NCBI GenBank assembly: GCA_004764695.1
Contig: SMSO01000035.1
Coordinates: 3,422,040 to 3,486,039 of the forward strand
Source of the DNA: Schizochytrium sp. TIO01
Lineage: Eukaryota; Protista; Bigyra: Labyrinthulomycetes
Reading direction: 5' to 3'
DNA length: 64,000 nt
Shown: in pieces, positions 45,231-57,226 of the stretch
How positions within the stretch are numbered: the first letter of the stretch is position 1
Layout: every line of letters starts with the position of its first letter
The notes under the pieces: generated by a model
Databases searched by the model: none
What the model was told of the DNA's origin: nothing
The model's input: only the letters and a program-made list of their open reading frames with translations
Position numbers and translations under genes: made by a program

Positions 45231-48200
45231 ACACACGTTGACACCCCAAAAAGCACATGCATGCAGACACCATGCATACATACATACTACATACATATGA
45301 AACCCATCAAATATACGCTTATGCAGTAATGCAGATATGCATGTAATACATATATGCTTGTGCATGTGCAATCTCTGTGGCACTTTCTTTTTGTGACCAA
45401 CTAACTAACAAACCTATCAACAAACAACCCAATCGACCAACCAACCATTCAAACTTCACATGAATTGAAGACCTTGGATTTAGGGTCTGGACAGGTGTAC
45501 GTTCATGCATGTCTAGATACATGCAGCAAGCAATCAAATCACAGGACGGTTCTGTTTGTGTGGGGCTCTCCTGAATTTAGTTAGTTTACTAGCAGCTTGT
45601 GAACAATAACCTTCTCAACTCCTCTGATTTGCATCTCGCCTTTTCTACACGCTCTATTTAGCAATTTTTCTCTTTCGTCTTGTTTACTGTTTGATCCAAT
45701 TACTTGTCAACACAATGCCTCTAGCCTTCGTTTCTCTTTAGGGTAAAGTTGGACCGATTTTGCTTTATTCAATTTATTCGGGTTCGTATTTCACCACTCG
45801 CTCCTTTATTGAGCTTACATCTGAGACCCATATACTTTTCACGACCTTGGCAGCCAAAGGAGTACTGAAATTACACATATTATGTAATTATGCGAAACTC
45901 TTTTCGAAGGCAGGGGACTCATTCGATTATTACAAGATTTACCCTAGTTCTGAAAAGAGAAGCCACACACAAATGGTGGGCCATCTCATGAACTAGTGCT
46001 TAAGAGTTTAAGCGTGTGCTCTGGTGTGGGTTGCAGCCATGCGATCGGGGTCCCCCTTTCACTTTTCAAATGTATCAATACCGACGTACCATGTTTTTGT
46101 TGGTATATATTGAAGGAACGTCTTAAATCGAAGGAATGCTAAGCTCCTGGAATACCAGAGTCGGAAGTGCGGACCTAGTTAACGTCAAATTAAACAAAGT
46201 TGTCAGTTTGTGATTGAGTTGTAAATAGCTCCCTAGGTATCGGTTCTTACTGAATGAAGTTTCACACGGTTGCAAGAAAATAATAGAAAAATATGTCCCG
46301 GGCGTGTTCTCCTTTTCAACTGTGAAATCCATCCATGAATCTGTAACCGAAAGCTGTTCATTCCGTCTTTGAACACACTCCTAGTTGGTTCATACTTCTT
46401 TGCTCTTTCTTAGAAACCTCATGTTGACCCTATATCGTCACTGGTGCTACTGACTCAGCGACCACACTAATACTCGTTTGATGCATGAAGTGTTCTCCTT
46501 AAGCAAGTTGTTGACCATGCGCGACCCTAATATGATTAATGAAAGGCCTGCACAGATGTTCGGGACATCCTAGCTTTGAGAAAGCCAAGCGCGCTAACGG
46601 ACACATCTTGAAACTTGTTGTCAATCTTTTATTTGCCACACGCATAGTCTTCCAAAAGATTTTCAGGAGGGTGTTATACGGTTTGCAGAGACCTTAAACT
46701 TCGTCCACAGCTATGTCGCTATTCAAAAAGGTCGTTGTCCTTGCAAAGGTCAGTATTTCGCGACTGTAGGAGTACGTGTGTGTGCACATCGGCACGCACT
46801 CGTTATCATCAGTTTCGTCGACTGAAATGCGTGGTGCACTGATATTTTAATGCCGATGAAAGCTTCTACAAAGCTCTCGCTAGAAGCTTAATTTGATGAT
46901 CTATCAGACAGCACCTCCGCGACATTAGTTCAAGAGGTTTCGGTTCTTGCAGCTCCTGGTGCCTGTTTTCGTTTCGGTTTTTGTTAATTATAAATAATGC
47001 ATGCTCTTTCTGAACCCACCACAGTTTCTAATGTTAATGGAGGAGTGGTGTCGTTGCTGTCGTCCCTCGCGGTGCTCGTAATTGCATTCGGCGAGACGAG
47101 ATGAGGTAAACGTGGCTCTCAGCATCACTTTGATTGGCTCCAACTCCTCATTTCCACCTGCGAGTTCTCTCAGGAATCTCAGAGCTTCCCGAAACACTTT
47201 TATTCCCACCACGTGGATTTCTCTCTCTCTCTTCGACGTGTCATTGGCGAGCTTGCGGCGCAGGCATAGCTTGCGACCCTTCGTGTCGTCAGTTGCCTTT
47301 CGCAGCAGCAGTCTCTGCCAAGTAAGAGCTAAATAGTCCATTTGCACTCGCTACTAATTTTCTGTGCTGCTCACGGCGATGCTCGATCTCGCAATCTCCA
47401 ACAAACTCCACATTATTTAATTAATTAAGCGCCTTCATTCATTTTGTAAAAACGAGTCTCGAAGGCCCCGAAGGCGGAAGTTGTCTTACCTCTGTGCACC
47501 TTTATCTCCAGAAACGAATTAGGCCGCGTAGAGTCAAGCGAGGGCGAGCTTAATCTCGTGGTGGAGGTCAACATGCTCCAAAGTGGTGCTGCGCTTTTGC
47601 ATTGTTTTTGCTTCTACGCTTTAACTTTCAAGATATTATTTCAATTGATTTTTCAATTTAAAAAAAAAAAAAAAAAAAAAAAACGTTTTTAATATTGCTG
47701 TATTTTAAAATTAATTTTCTTCTTTTAAATGACAGAAAAGAAGCATCATATAACCTGCAGCGTTGCAAGAAAAGGAAAAGAAGAAGAGCTCTGAAAAGCC
47801 AGATCAGAAAGGATCCATCTTCTTGAGCAAATAAACAGACGAATCACCTATTCGATCAGAGATAGAATAGCAGCACAGAGAATAAACAGTCTACTTCACT
47901 CCATAAATTCGATATAGGTATGTATATATTATACATACTTATGCAGTAGCTTGTACAATGTTCATCGTGCCTTAGTACACGAGCCAAAAGGCGGCTTTGA
48001 CTATAGGGTTTACTCAGGAGTTGAAGTTGACCGCCGGTTCGTTCCCGGCCGCGAGTTCCGGCTCCGGTCCAGCGAGGCGCTCGAATTGGCCTCGCGTTGC
48101 TCGCAAACTCTGCAGGCGGTTCGCCGGGCAAGCGAGCTAAACGAGCTCCCTGCGTTTAAGCTCTTCTTGGTGAATGTGAGAAACCTCGGGACCTTGCGAG

Positions 48201-48285
48201 GTGCCCCTTTCAATTGCTGCTTCATTGTACAAAGCAAAGCACGATTTATTTCGCTGTCCTTCATGAAGAAATCCATAAACGACAA

Positions 48286-51200
48286 GTTTACATTTACGTT
48301 TACATTTACATTTACATTTGCATTTACAACTCAACAACAGAAATATCGAAATGCAAACAAACTTGGGATTCCAAAGGCAGACCAAAGCCAAACAAGAGGA
48401 CAACAACAGCATGCGCCCAATGCGCAGCTCGTTGTTGGCGGCGTGCGACATGAGATTGGAGTCCAATCCAGGTCATCATCTTCACAGACGGACACCATCT
48501 CGAGGCAAGCAATAACGAGATCGACTAACTCCTCCACAGAAGTCGCAGCTGCAGCCCAAAGTCAGTTTATAAGTGTCAGCAAAGCTGTGCTCTAAGTGGA
48601 GCTGATCCAACCCGCCTCGAAAAACCAAGCCATTGCGCAAGACAGCAGAGAGCAGTATTGGAGCGGAGTTCTGGTCGAGAAGAGGCCCTTTTCCCTCGGC
48701 CAACCAGCCTATCCATGCTCAGCTGCTTTATTCGCGATCCAACTCTTCGCAGCGATCGCTGCTCTCATCACCAAACAAACATGGATGGTACCATCGCGAG
48801 CTGCTAAAAATAAATGGATAGCGACGTTTTTCGTACCTTTTTCTAAAGCAACATAAATGAATGAATGAATGAATGAATGAATGAATGAATGAATGAATGA
48901 ATTTTACTTTATTTTATATTATTTTGTTTTGTTTTGTTTTATTTCAACAGACAGTCCAAACAAAAGCTTTTACCTGTCTGACTAATTAGCTACATTTTAC
49001 TTAATTTCCAGGCGCCACTGCTCCTCCGGAAAGTAGAACAGCCGGAGCAAAAAGCAGCCTCGCGTCTGAGCTGTCCTCGTCTGTCCTAAGAAGCAAGCAA
49101 GCAAGCAAGCAAGAAAGCCAAGCCTAAGGTCTCCTTCCCACCATCGCTGCCTCACGGTCCCACGCTCTTTGGTCTTCCTGTGCCAAGTTTGGCGCTTACT
49201 TGTCCAAACGGAGCGTCGCTCTGACCAGTTTATCAGTCAGTCAATTTATCACTCGCGAGGAGGAAGCACGCAAAGTCGACGAACACCTAACTGGCTGCCC
49301 TCTCCCATTAGTCAGTATCTCTAAGAGTAGGTAGCAAGTGATTTTTTTAGAACTAAACAAAAAAAAACTTTTAAAAAAAACTGAAGTACCTATTAGATTT
49401 TTATATGAATTTAATTAGATTTAATAATAATAAATAGAGATTATTAATATTCCTTCTTCCTTTGGCTTTTCTTTCAAGTTCTTACGACCTTTTCTGATTT
49501 TTGGTCATTCTTTTTACTAATTTGTAGAATGATCCTACGACAAAGGGGGTCCTTTTTCTCCATTAAAATTAGAAACTAAGTTACAGTTGGTTATGTATGA
49601 AAGAATCGATTTGGTTTAGTTTTTGCAGACGAAGCATGAGCTGGATGGCTTATGGTTGAGACAAGTGGAACTATCAAAAGCAGAAGAGAAGTAAGTAAGT
49701 TTTAATGGTTTGTATGTTGGTTGGCTTGCTTGCTTGCGTGTTTGTGCCTGCTGCAAATGTTATGGGGGTATTGAAGAATGAGCAACCTCGAGCGACGGAA
49801 GTGGAATTGGGCGTCTAAGCTAACTTCGAGTTTGAGCTCTTGAACATCTACATAAGTTGATGTTGAACTAGAGGTCCAACTTAGAATTGGTGTTTGCTGT
49901 ACAGTCGGTGGCTACGTCAAATCAACGAAACCATGAAAGTGAACCTGAGCAACCTAAACAGTACAAGAAAACAGGTTGATCCTAATGAATCAACCAATCG
50001 CCCAATCGGGAACATCGCCATAGAGTTAGCAGCTGTCATTCACATTCAGTTCAGCTGTCCTCTATTGCAATCGCAGTTTGTGCTGCGATTTATGCTAAAC
50101 CACATCCAAGCAGACTGCGAGACCTATGGGCATCTCTGTCATCAGCCAGCTAGTCCACCGGTGAGAGAATCCTGAGGCTTCCTCGGGATCCTTGGCCTCG
50201 CCCAAAGACTGCGAGCAAGCTCTCGCATTGCATCGCCTTGCATTGTATCGATCGTCACATCTACCTCGATTAGCGCACATCAAAGGGTACCAAGGTACCT
50301 CAGAACTGCAAAGACGAAGACAATGTACCTCGCTCGCTCGACATCTCCAAGAAGGTACCTTATCTCCTACCCGGATGTCACCGGGAGCACGAATTGGACG
50401 GAAGCAGTTGAGGCTAGTTCCTGGCCAGGAAGCTCGAGAGCTTTCGATGAGCAGGAACTTCGGAAAGGCAGGCAATTCGCTTCTGTGGCACTTGTCCTCG
50501 ACAACTCCAAAGAGGTGCCTATCTTAGATATTCATGCATTCATCCATGCATTCATCCATGCATTCATCCATGCATGCCTTACGCTGATTGCTTACGGCCG
50601 TATTCACTCACTCACTCACTCCCTCACTCACTCACTTGGGAAGTCAATCGAAGAGGCAGTCAATTGCTCGCGGCCTCTCAAGCAAAGCTAACTACTCGGC
50701 TCCCGCGGGTTCCACAGGGTGGCTGAAGTCTTCCTTTGCAGGTGTGGCCATCCATCCATCCGTCGATCGATCGATCACCTTGCTTGCTTGCTTGCTCGCT
50801 CGCTCGCTCGCCTGCTCGCTTGCTTGCTTGTTTCCGGAGGGACACAACGCGATGCAATGTCACGTCTTTCCACGCAGCGCAGCGCAGTGCAGTGCAGCAG
50901 TGCAGTGCGAACTACGTCACCGCGGCGACTTCGGCACACGGAGTCGTGTCATGGAAGTGAGTGAGTGAGTGATAACATGCAAATAAAATAACAAATGCCG
51001 AACGAACGAAGGAATGCGCACGACGCGAAACAAAGCATCGCAGCAACAAACGAAGGAAGGAAGAAGAAGCAGAAGAAGAAGCAGAAGAAGAAGAAGAAGA
51101 AGAGCACATCCAAAGAAAGAGCGGACCGCCCATCGATGGGCAGGATCAGACAGCCTGCCTGCCTGCTAGCTGCCTCTAAGAGTGGTGCTAGGAGTGCCGG

Positions 51201-52148
51201 TGGAAGGAGAGAACTTCGCTCTTTCTAATCTAACTTTGTTGTCTCCTCAAATTGAACGAATGAATGAAAGATTGAATGAAAGAAAGAAAGAAAGAAAGAA
51301 AGAAAGAATGAATGAATGAATGAATGAATGAATGAATGAATGAATGAATGAGTGAATGAATGAATGAATGATTGAGATTGGTGCGATGGGCACAGTGGTC
51401 ACTGTTTTGCAATGGAGGACGCCGCGTCCATTGCACAGCACCGCACTGCACTGCACTGTCCCGTGCTGTATCGCGGGAGCACATGCATGCATGTCCTTTG
51501 CTATTTCATTGGCTCGAGTTGAGTTGAGTTGAGTTGAGTTTCTGTAGTGCCCGTGTACATTAATTAATCATTGCAATTGCATTTGAAGAAGGGCGCAAAG
51601 AAGTGCTTTTGCGAACTGGGATCCAGGAGCCCTGAAGCCCTAAGCTTTGGCCAGAGGGCGCTCTTCCACGGGGTGCCGGCAGCCAGCAGAGCGGGAGCTA
51701 TCTGTCTGGAGTGGACTTGGCTTGAGCCAACCTGAGCTGAGCTGAGCTGAGCTGAGCTGAGTGCAGTTTCGTTCGACAATTTCTGTCTGAGGAATCCATT
51801 CGATACTACACACCAAAGAAGAAGAAGAAGAAGAAGAAGTGAGAAGAATAAAATAACTTGAACTCGCCAAAAGTTATACACTTTTTAATATAATCATGAA
51901 AATCTTACTTTCATGTTATATCGTAAACTTGAATTAAAAGAGCCTGATTGAAATTTAATTTGAAAAATAATCAGCTAAATAAATGCCTGCTATCTACATA
52001 CTAGAACTGCCATCATAAACAAACTATTAATTAATTAATTAGATTATTTATTTAGTTATTTATTTATTTATTTATTGAGATGAGCAGAAGAAAAGCAAAA
52101 ACGATTTTACTTTGAGAGTAGAAAGGAAAAGAAACGATTTTATTCACC

Positions 52149-52179
<31 letters not shown>

Positions 52180-52180
52180 G
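48286..52180. repeat. Microsatellite-dense non-coding region: (TTTACA)n, (GAAT)n, (GCAA)n, (CACT)n, (GAA)n, (GAAA)n, (GAGTT)n, (GAGCT)n
   Basis: Many simple repeats are directly visible; the ORFs here are low-complexity artefacts. Confidence 0.85.
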
Positions 52181-53030
52181 CCATAATCATAGTGCGCGCG
52201 ATTAGGGGAATTGGTAGGACCTGGCTCCTTATTGTTTGTTATGGCGCCTTCTAATTAATGTTGTTTTGCTTTTGTTGTTTTTTTTTGATGAAGAAGAAGA
52301 CTTTAGAAGGAGAAGAATAAGAAAGAGAGGTGGCGAGGCAGAATAGATTTCGCCTCGCGCCGCCGTCTCGCGCGGCCGATTCGATCTGCCGTGGCTCCGC
52401 GAGGTCGGCGCCGTCTGCGGTAGTGCAGAATTGTATTTCTGGCTTAGCTTGCGTGCTTGGCAAGAGGCGCGAAAGGTAGCCAGCGGCCTTGGATTGGTTA
52501 GCGAGGTAAATTTAGTTCTTCTCTCGCTTCTCTCTTTTGCCTGGCGAGGACGACCTCAAGCTTCCGCTGCGTTCAAGACGGAGTTGAAGCGCGACCTTGG
52601 CTTGGTCTGGAAACGAACTTGCTGCACTTGTTGCATCATCTGTGCTGCATCACGCTTATTTGGTTTTCTGTGCGGTTATTGCAGTCTGGGCATAGTTTGC
52701 AAGAGTCTCGTAATTGGGCTTCTTGTGGGGATGCGCGAGGGCGCCACTCAAACTTGACAATTTTGGGCTTCGATTCTTTAAGTTTTAGCGCACTTCGACT
52801 TCGACTCGATCTCAGAGCTGGACTCTGACTTTGACTTTGGGTTTCCTGCGTTGAGTTTTAAAAGACAAAACCTCGTTATACGCTTTCTTGGACTTGTTCT
52901 GGGGACTGACTACCTAGGGGCTGTGTTGAAGTAACACAGGCTGAAGCAACGCAGCATTGGCCTCCTTTTTCTTTCTTTAAGCACCAATATTCAGATACTC
53001 TTAGGAATTAGTTGAAAGCTATAGCGCACC

Positions 53031-55346
53031 ATGCCTTACCAAGAGCACTTTCAGCAAATGCCATGGGCCCTATCTGGTCAAGATGTGACCGCGGTATTTC
53101 TGGGTTGCTGTGTGCCAGTATGCATGCAAATCCTTGGACACAAGTACCTGCGCCCGCGGCTTGAGGCTATTTCTAAACGAAGGGCACCTTGGTACGTGCG
53201 TCTAGAGAAAATTCTCTCGATGGCCACCCGCACGGCATACTTTCATGAGCCTCTTCTCATGGGGCTCCCGGGCCGTGTAGATAACACTTTAGGACTTGTC
53301 AGCAGATATCGTGACCATCCTATCTTTATGCAGGAATTGCACAAACGCCGTGTCAACTCAGGATGGAATTTCCTGATACTCCTAACCTTCATTTTCACCT
53401 TTGCTTCACCCGCGTTTTATGATCCCTCAGGTAGCACCTTTGACTACGCTTGGAAAACTTTCATCTTTTCACTTGCTGGTCTCTGCCAGTCGGCTCTGAC
53501 TCACGTCAAGGACGATGTTTCCATCCTCTTTGCATCGTGGCCTGACTTTTCGCGTGCTCTTATGGCCGTCAACACCTTTGCGCATACTACGGCACCTTCC
53601 AATGCAGGTGTATTTTTCACCGTATCTATGTGCCGACAGCTATACATGGCTCTCTACTTTGAGAGCTTCGCAGCTTACATTCTTTATTCAGTGGTCTTCC
53701 TATTCATTCCAATGTTTAATAGTGAGTGGTTCTGGTACCGCTCGGTAGGCTACCCTCTTGCCATGCTCGTTGTGTCCTCCGGCATGGTCCTGCCTGCCAT
53801 GCAGGAGCGTGTGCTTCGGCTTGACTCCAAGGTAGAGGAATACATCCGCGAAAAGGTGTTTGAGGCCAACATGGAGGAGCTAGAGAATGTGCAAAACAGG
53901 CACGAGGCGGAGTTGAAAAGACGTCATGAAGAGTACATTTGTGCTTTGGAGAATAAACACAAGGAAAGCACTCAAAAACTGCACATGGTACTATCATATA
54001 CTGCGCATGAATACCGCAACCACTTCTTTCAGGCGCGTGGTGCTCTAGATGATCTTCAAGATATGGCACATAGCTCAGAGATGCCTACCGCAGATGCGGG
54101 GGCTATTGTGGAAGCATCCAAAACTCTTGGCAGCGCGCACGCCATGATTCAAAGCCTTTTTGATGATGTTTTGCAAATGCATCGCCTAGAAACTGCTGGG
54201 GAAGTAGACTGGCGCGGCTCAGCGAGACCCTTCCAAGTTGGCAGGGACCTCTTTGAGCGTGCCCAGGATTACGGCATGACTAGTCTACGTCGCCAGTCGG
54301 AGGTTACATTTGAGGCAGTCTTAAATGGTGACCCAACAGCTGAAGTCATGGGAAACCCAGAAAAGTTTCTTCAGGTTATCACCAACCTTATCTCCAATGC
54401 TGTCAAGTTCACAGCAACAGGCAGCATTTCCCTAGAGCTCTCCTGCATTCCTATTCCAACCTCTTCCACCGAGATGGAACTCTCATTGGTTGTTAGTGAT
54501 ACTGGCCAAGGTATTCCTGAGGAAAAGATTGGCAAACTCTTTAAACCCTTTGCGCAAGCACGTTCTGCTGCAGAATTTGGTTATGGCGGATCAGGCTTAG
54601 GACTGTACTTTGCGCGGAATATAATGCTAGCCTACCCTCATGGATCTCTTGATGTTGAATCTAAGATTGGGAAAGGCACTACCTTTAGGGGTCGCTTACG
54701 TCTACCTCTTAATCCCAATCCTTCTCCGGACAAGTCAAATGTAGAGATTGCAAGTCCCGAAGTTACTACACCCACCAGTACTTCGTCCTCTTCCTCACCT
54801 CTCAAAGGTGGTGCTGGAGCCTCTGGTCTTTCTACAAAGCTAAGCAATGGCATTAGTAATGGAGCCAAGAAGGCAAGTAGTAGCAATGGTACAGCCAATG
54901 GCTCGAACAATAACGGGGACATATGGGAGGAGTCGGATGTGCTTGTCGTAGATGACTCGCAGGTTAACCGAGCGCTTCTTCGCCGGATGCTTGAGCGGCG
55001 TTGTTCTGCTGAGACCAGGATATATGAGGCTTGCAATGGTCAAGAGGCTGTCACAATGGCTACTGAACTTGGCAGTGCCATCTCTGTAATTCTTATGGAC
55101 CGCCACATGCCTGTAATGGATGGCATTGAGGCTACGCGCCATATTCGCGAATTCAATCAAAGCGTGCTAATCATCGCTGTCACGGGAAATGCTGATGATG
55201 AAACACATTCGCGATTTCGCTCAGCAGGTTGTGACGTGGTGTGGCATAAGGGCTCATCTGTAGCTTCTCTCTTTAGTCTCATTCGTAAAGTGCGGCATGC
55301 CAAGACAAACGGAGATACTTTGCCGCGGGAGATTCCTGCTCACTAA
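53031..55346 (+). CDS. Membrane-bound hybrid histidine kinase (TM sensor, HisKA, HATPase, receiver)
   Basis: H-box AHEYRN, N-box QVITNLISNAVKFT, G1 VSDTGQGI, F-box LFKPFAQ, G2 GGSGLGL. Receiver: VLVVDDS, ILMDRHMPVMDG, IAVTG. Confidence 0.93.
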   Translation: MPYQEHFQQMPWALSGQDVTAVFLGCCVPVCMQILGHKYLRPRLEAISKRRAPWYVRLEKILSMATRTAYFHEPLLMGLPGRVDNTLGLVSRYRDHPIFMQELHKRRVNSGWNFLILLTFIFTFASPAFYDPSGSTFDYAWKTFIFSLAGLCQSALTHVKDDVSILFASWPDFSRALMAVNTFAHTTAPSNAGVFFTVSMCRQLYMALYFESFAAYILYSVVFLFIPMFNSEWFWYRSVGYPLAMLVVSSGMVLPAMQERVLRLDSKVEEYIREKVFEANMEELENVQNRHEAELKRRHEEYICALENKHKESTQKLHMVLSYTAHEYRNHFFQARGALDDLQDMAHSSEMPTADAGAIVEASKTLGSAHAMIQSLFDDVLQMHRLETAGEVDWRGSARPFQVGRDLFERAQDYGMTSLRRQSEVTFEAVLNGDPTAEVMGNPEKFLQVITNLISNAVKFTATGSISLELSCIPIPTSSTEMELSLVVSDTGQGIPEEKIGKLFKPFAQARSAAEFGYGGSGLGLYFARNIMLAYPHGSLDVESKIGKGTTFRGRLRLPLNPNPSPDKSNVEIASPEVTTPTSTSSSSSPLKGGAGASGLSTKLSNGISNGAKKASSSNGTANGSNNNGDIWEESDVLVVDDSQVNRALLRRMLERRCSAETRIYEACNGQEAVTMATELGSAISVILMDRHMPVMDGIEATRHIREFNQSVLIIAVTGNADDETHSRFRSAGCDVVWHKGSSVASLFSLIRKVRHAKTNGDTLPREIPAH

Positions 55347-56236
55347 GCGTACATATTGTTTTTGAAAACAAAGTAAAATCAAAGGCGAACGATATCCAAT
55401 GCAACCAACAAGCTATTTACAAATCCTCTCTTAGATGTACTGTTAGGACCAGTGAGCGCAGCTGGCGCCTTTTGGGGAATGTGCTAACGTGCTATACTGC
55501 TCTTGACGCCGAAGACAAAACGAAAGCTTTGCTTGGATGTACCTACATCCTGTTTCCCTACACTATGAACTTATGCCCATTTACCTTATGGTATGACCTT
55601 GTCTCGCCAGCTTACATGAGGATCCACCTCCTCGTTTTTACGTACAAGTATTGATTGATGCACCAACTATCATTTGTATAGCTGGTATTCTCTTTTGCTG
55701 GCGTTTACTCTTTATTATATAGAACTTTACTTCCTTGGTTTTGACTATTCAAACATGGTGCACTTTTGCTCGTTAAACTTCGAGCACTACCCCTCCTGCA
55801 CCAAAGATCAATAATTAAATCAAAATTACATTAACTAACGAAATAACAAGGAATTCTTTGTGTCTTATAATTAGTTTTTTTTTCAATAATTTAGTTTTGG
55901 AAGCCCAGTGTAGTCTCGGATTGATTTCACTTCATTCGTATCGTGGATTGCCCTTTAACATATAGCCATATCGTATTGGAGCTTCGCTTGTGAAATCAAA
56001 TAGAAAAAGGCAACTTTACCTTCCAAAGTTTACAAGACATAATAGAAGTCTTTCTTCTGATGGAACAGAGATAAAAGTTCATAAACTAGCACCAGTCTTC
56101 ACTATTTAGCCCTGACCCGCAACAAGAGCTGGGGCAAAAAGAAGAAGAAGAAAATCAAACATTTAAAGAGACGACTTGTGTTTGAAAAGTATTTTGATTA
56201 TTATTTCCATGAAGATAGAACAGATGGTTTTCATTT

Positions 56237-57226
56237 TTACACTGCACTTGCGTGCATACGTAACCTTCTAACTAGATCTGGATCTAATTTAAAAAGGAAT
56301 GGAAAGGCCACGGCAATAAGACGAGTTGCATCCATCTGTGGAAAATCCCGCCCACTCACATACTGCTTAGCCATTTCGTTAGTCTCATCCATGAGCTCAT
56401 ATCGTAGCAGCATCATCTGCGAAGCGTAAAAGATAATGTTCAAATGTACACCTGCTGCAAAGTAGATATCCCAAAGATGGAGAATACTGTCAAGTGGTGG
56501 ACAACACGCACTCAATGTCATAATTGGGGCAAACGCATAAACTTGCGTCCTGGCTCGCATATTGTCAATCAAATAATCCGCTAGCTGAGGATCCAAAGCA
56601 CGCAGACATTCCTCAAACAACGCACATCCTTCTGATACACCGTCAAGATTTTTGCTCATATACGCTGGAATCAGCTTAGTAACAAGAGCATCGAAACAGA
56701 AAAAGGCATCGAGTTCTGGCATGACATAAAGCAGAACACCGCAAATCACGTTCATACCTTGAACATAGGTGAACTGATCTTGAGTGTACGAATGTACAAA
56801 CGCATTGAGTACCCTGACAATACGTGCTTCCGGAACCACATCCTCGAAAGCTTTGCAGTTTTTAAAGGTGCGAAAGGTATCATTTCTAATTTTGCCACCA
56901 AGCTTTGGGTGCTCTCCTCGACGAACTAAGTCCATGTAGCGTTTGGAATCAAGATGTCTAACCCCTAACAGTAATTTCCACGCGCGTGCTCTTTGAGACA
57001 GATGTTGGTCAGCATCATCCTCCTCTCCTTGAAATCGCTGTGTAGAGTCCGACATCGAAGATGATGCTGGCTTGGCCAACAACGAAGCCTGAGACGACGC
57101 ATTATCATCCTCCGGAACCCCATAGACTACCAAGAATCGTCTAAGCTCTTGCAAACTCGCAGCTGCGTCCTCCTCGTTCGCAGCGGTCTCTGCATCCGAG
57201 AGTATTTTCTCCAGGCGGTCTCCCAT
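56237..57226 (-). CDS. BUB2: Bub2/Cdc16-like TBC-domain GAP
   Basis: RARAWKLLL, KIRNDTFRTF, RVLNAF, YVQGMNV, PELDAF, LWDIYFAAGVHLNI; likely ATG at 57226. Confidence 0.88.
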   Translation of the reverse strand: MGDRLEKILSDAETAANEEDAAASLQELRRFLVVYGVPEDDNASSQASLLAKPASSSMSDSTQRFQGEEDDADQHLSQRARAWKLLLGVRHLDSKRYMDLVRRGEHPKLGGKIRNDTFRTFKNCKAFEDVVPEARIVRVLNAFVHSYTQDQFTYVQGMNVICGVLLYVMPELDAFFCFDALVTKLIPAYMSKNLDGVSEGCALFEECLRALDPQLADYLIDNMRARTQVYAFAPIMTLSACCPPLDSILHLWDIYFAAGVHLNIIFYASQMMLLRYELMDETNEMAKQYVSGRDFPQMDATRLIAVAFPFLFKLDPDLVRRLRMHASAV

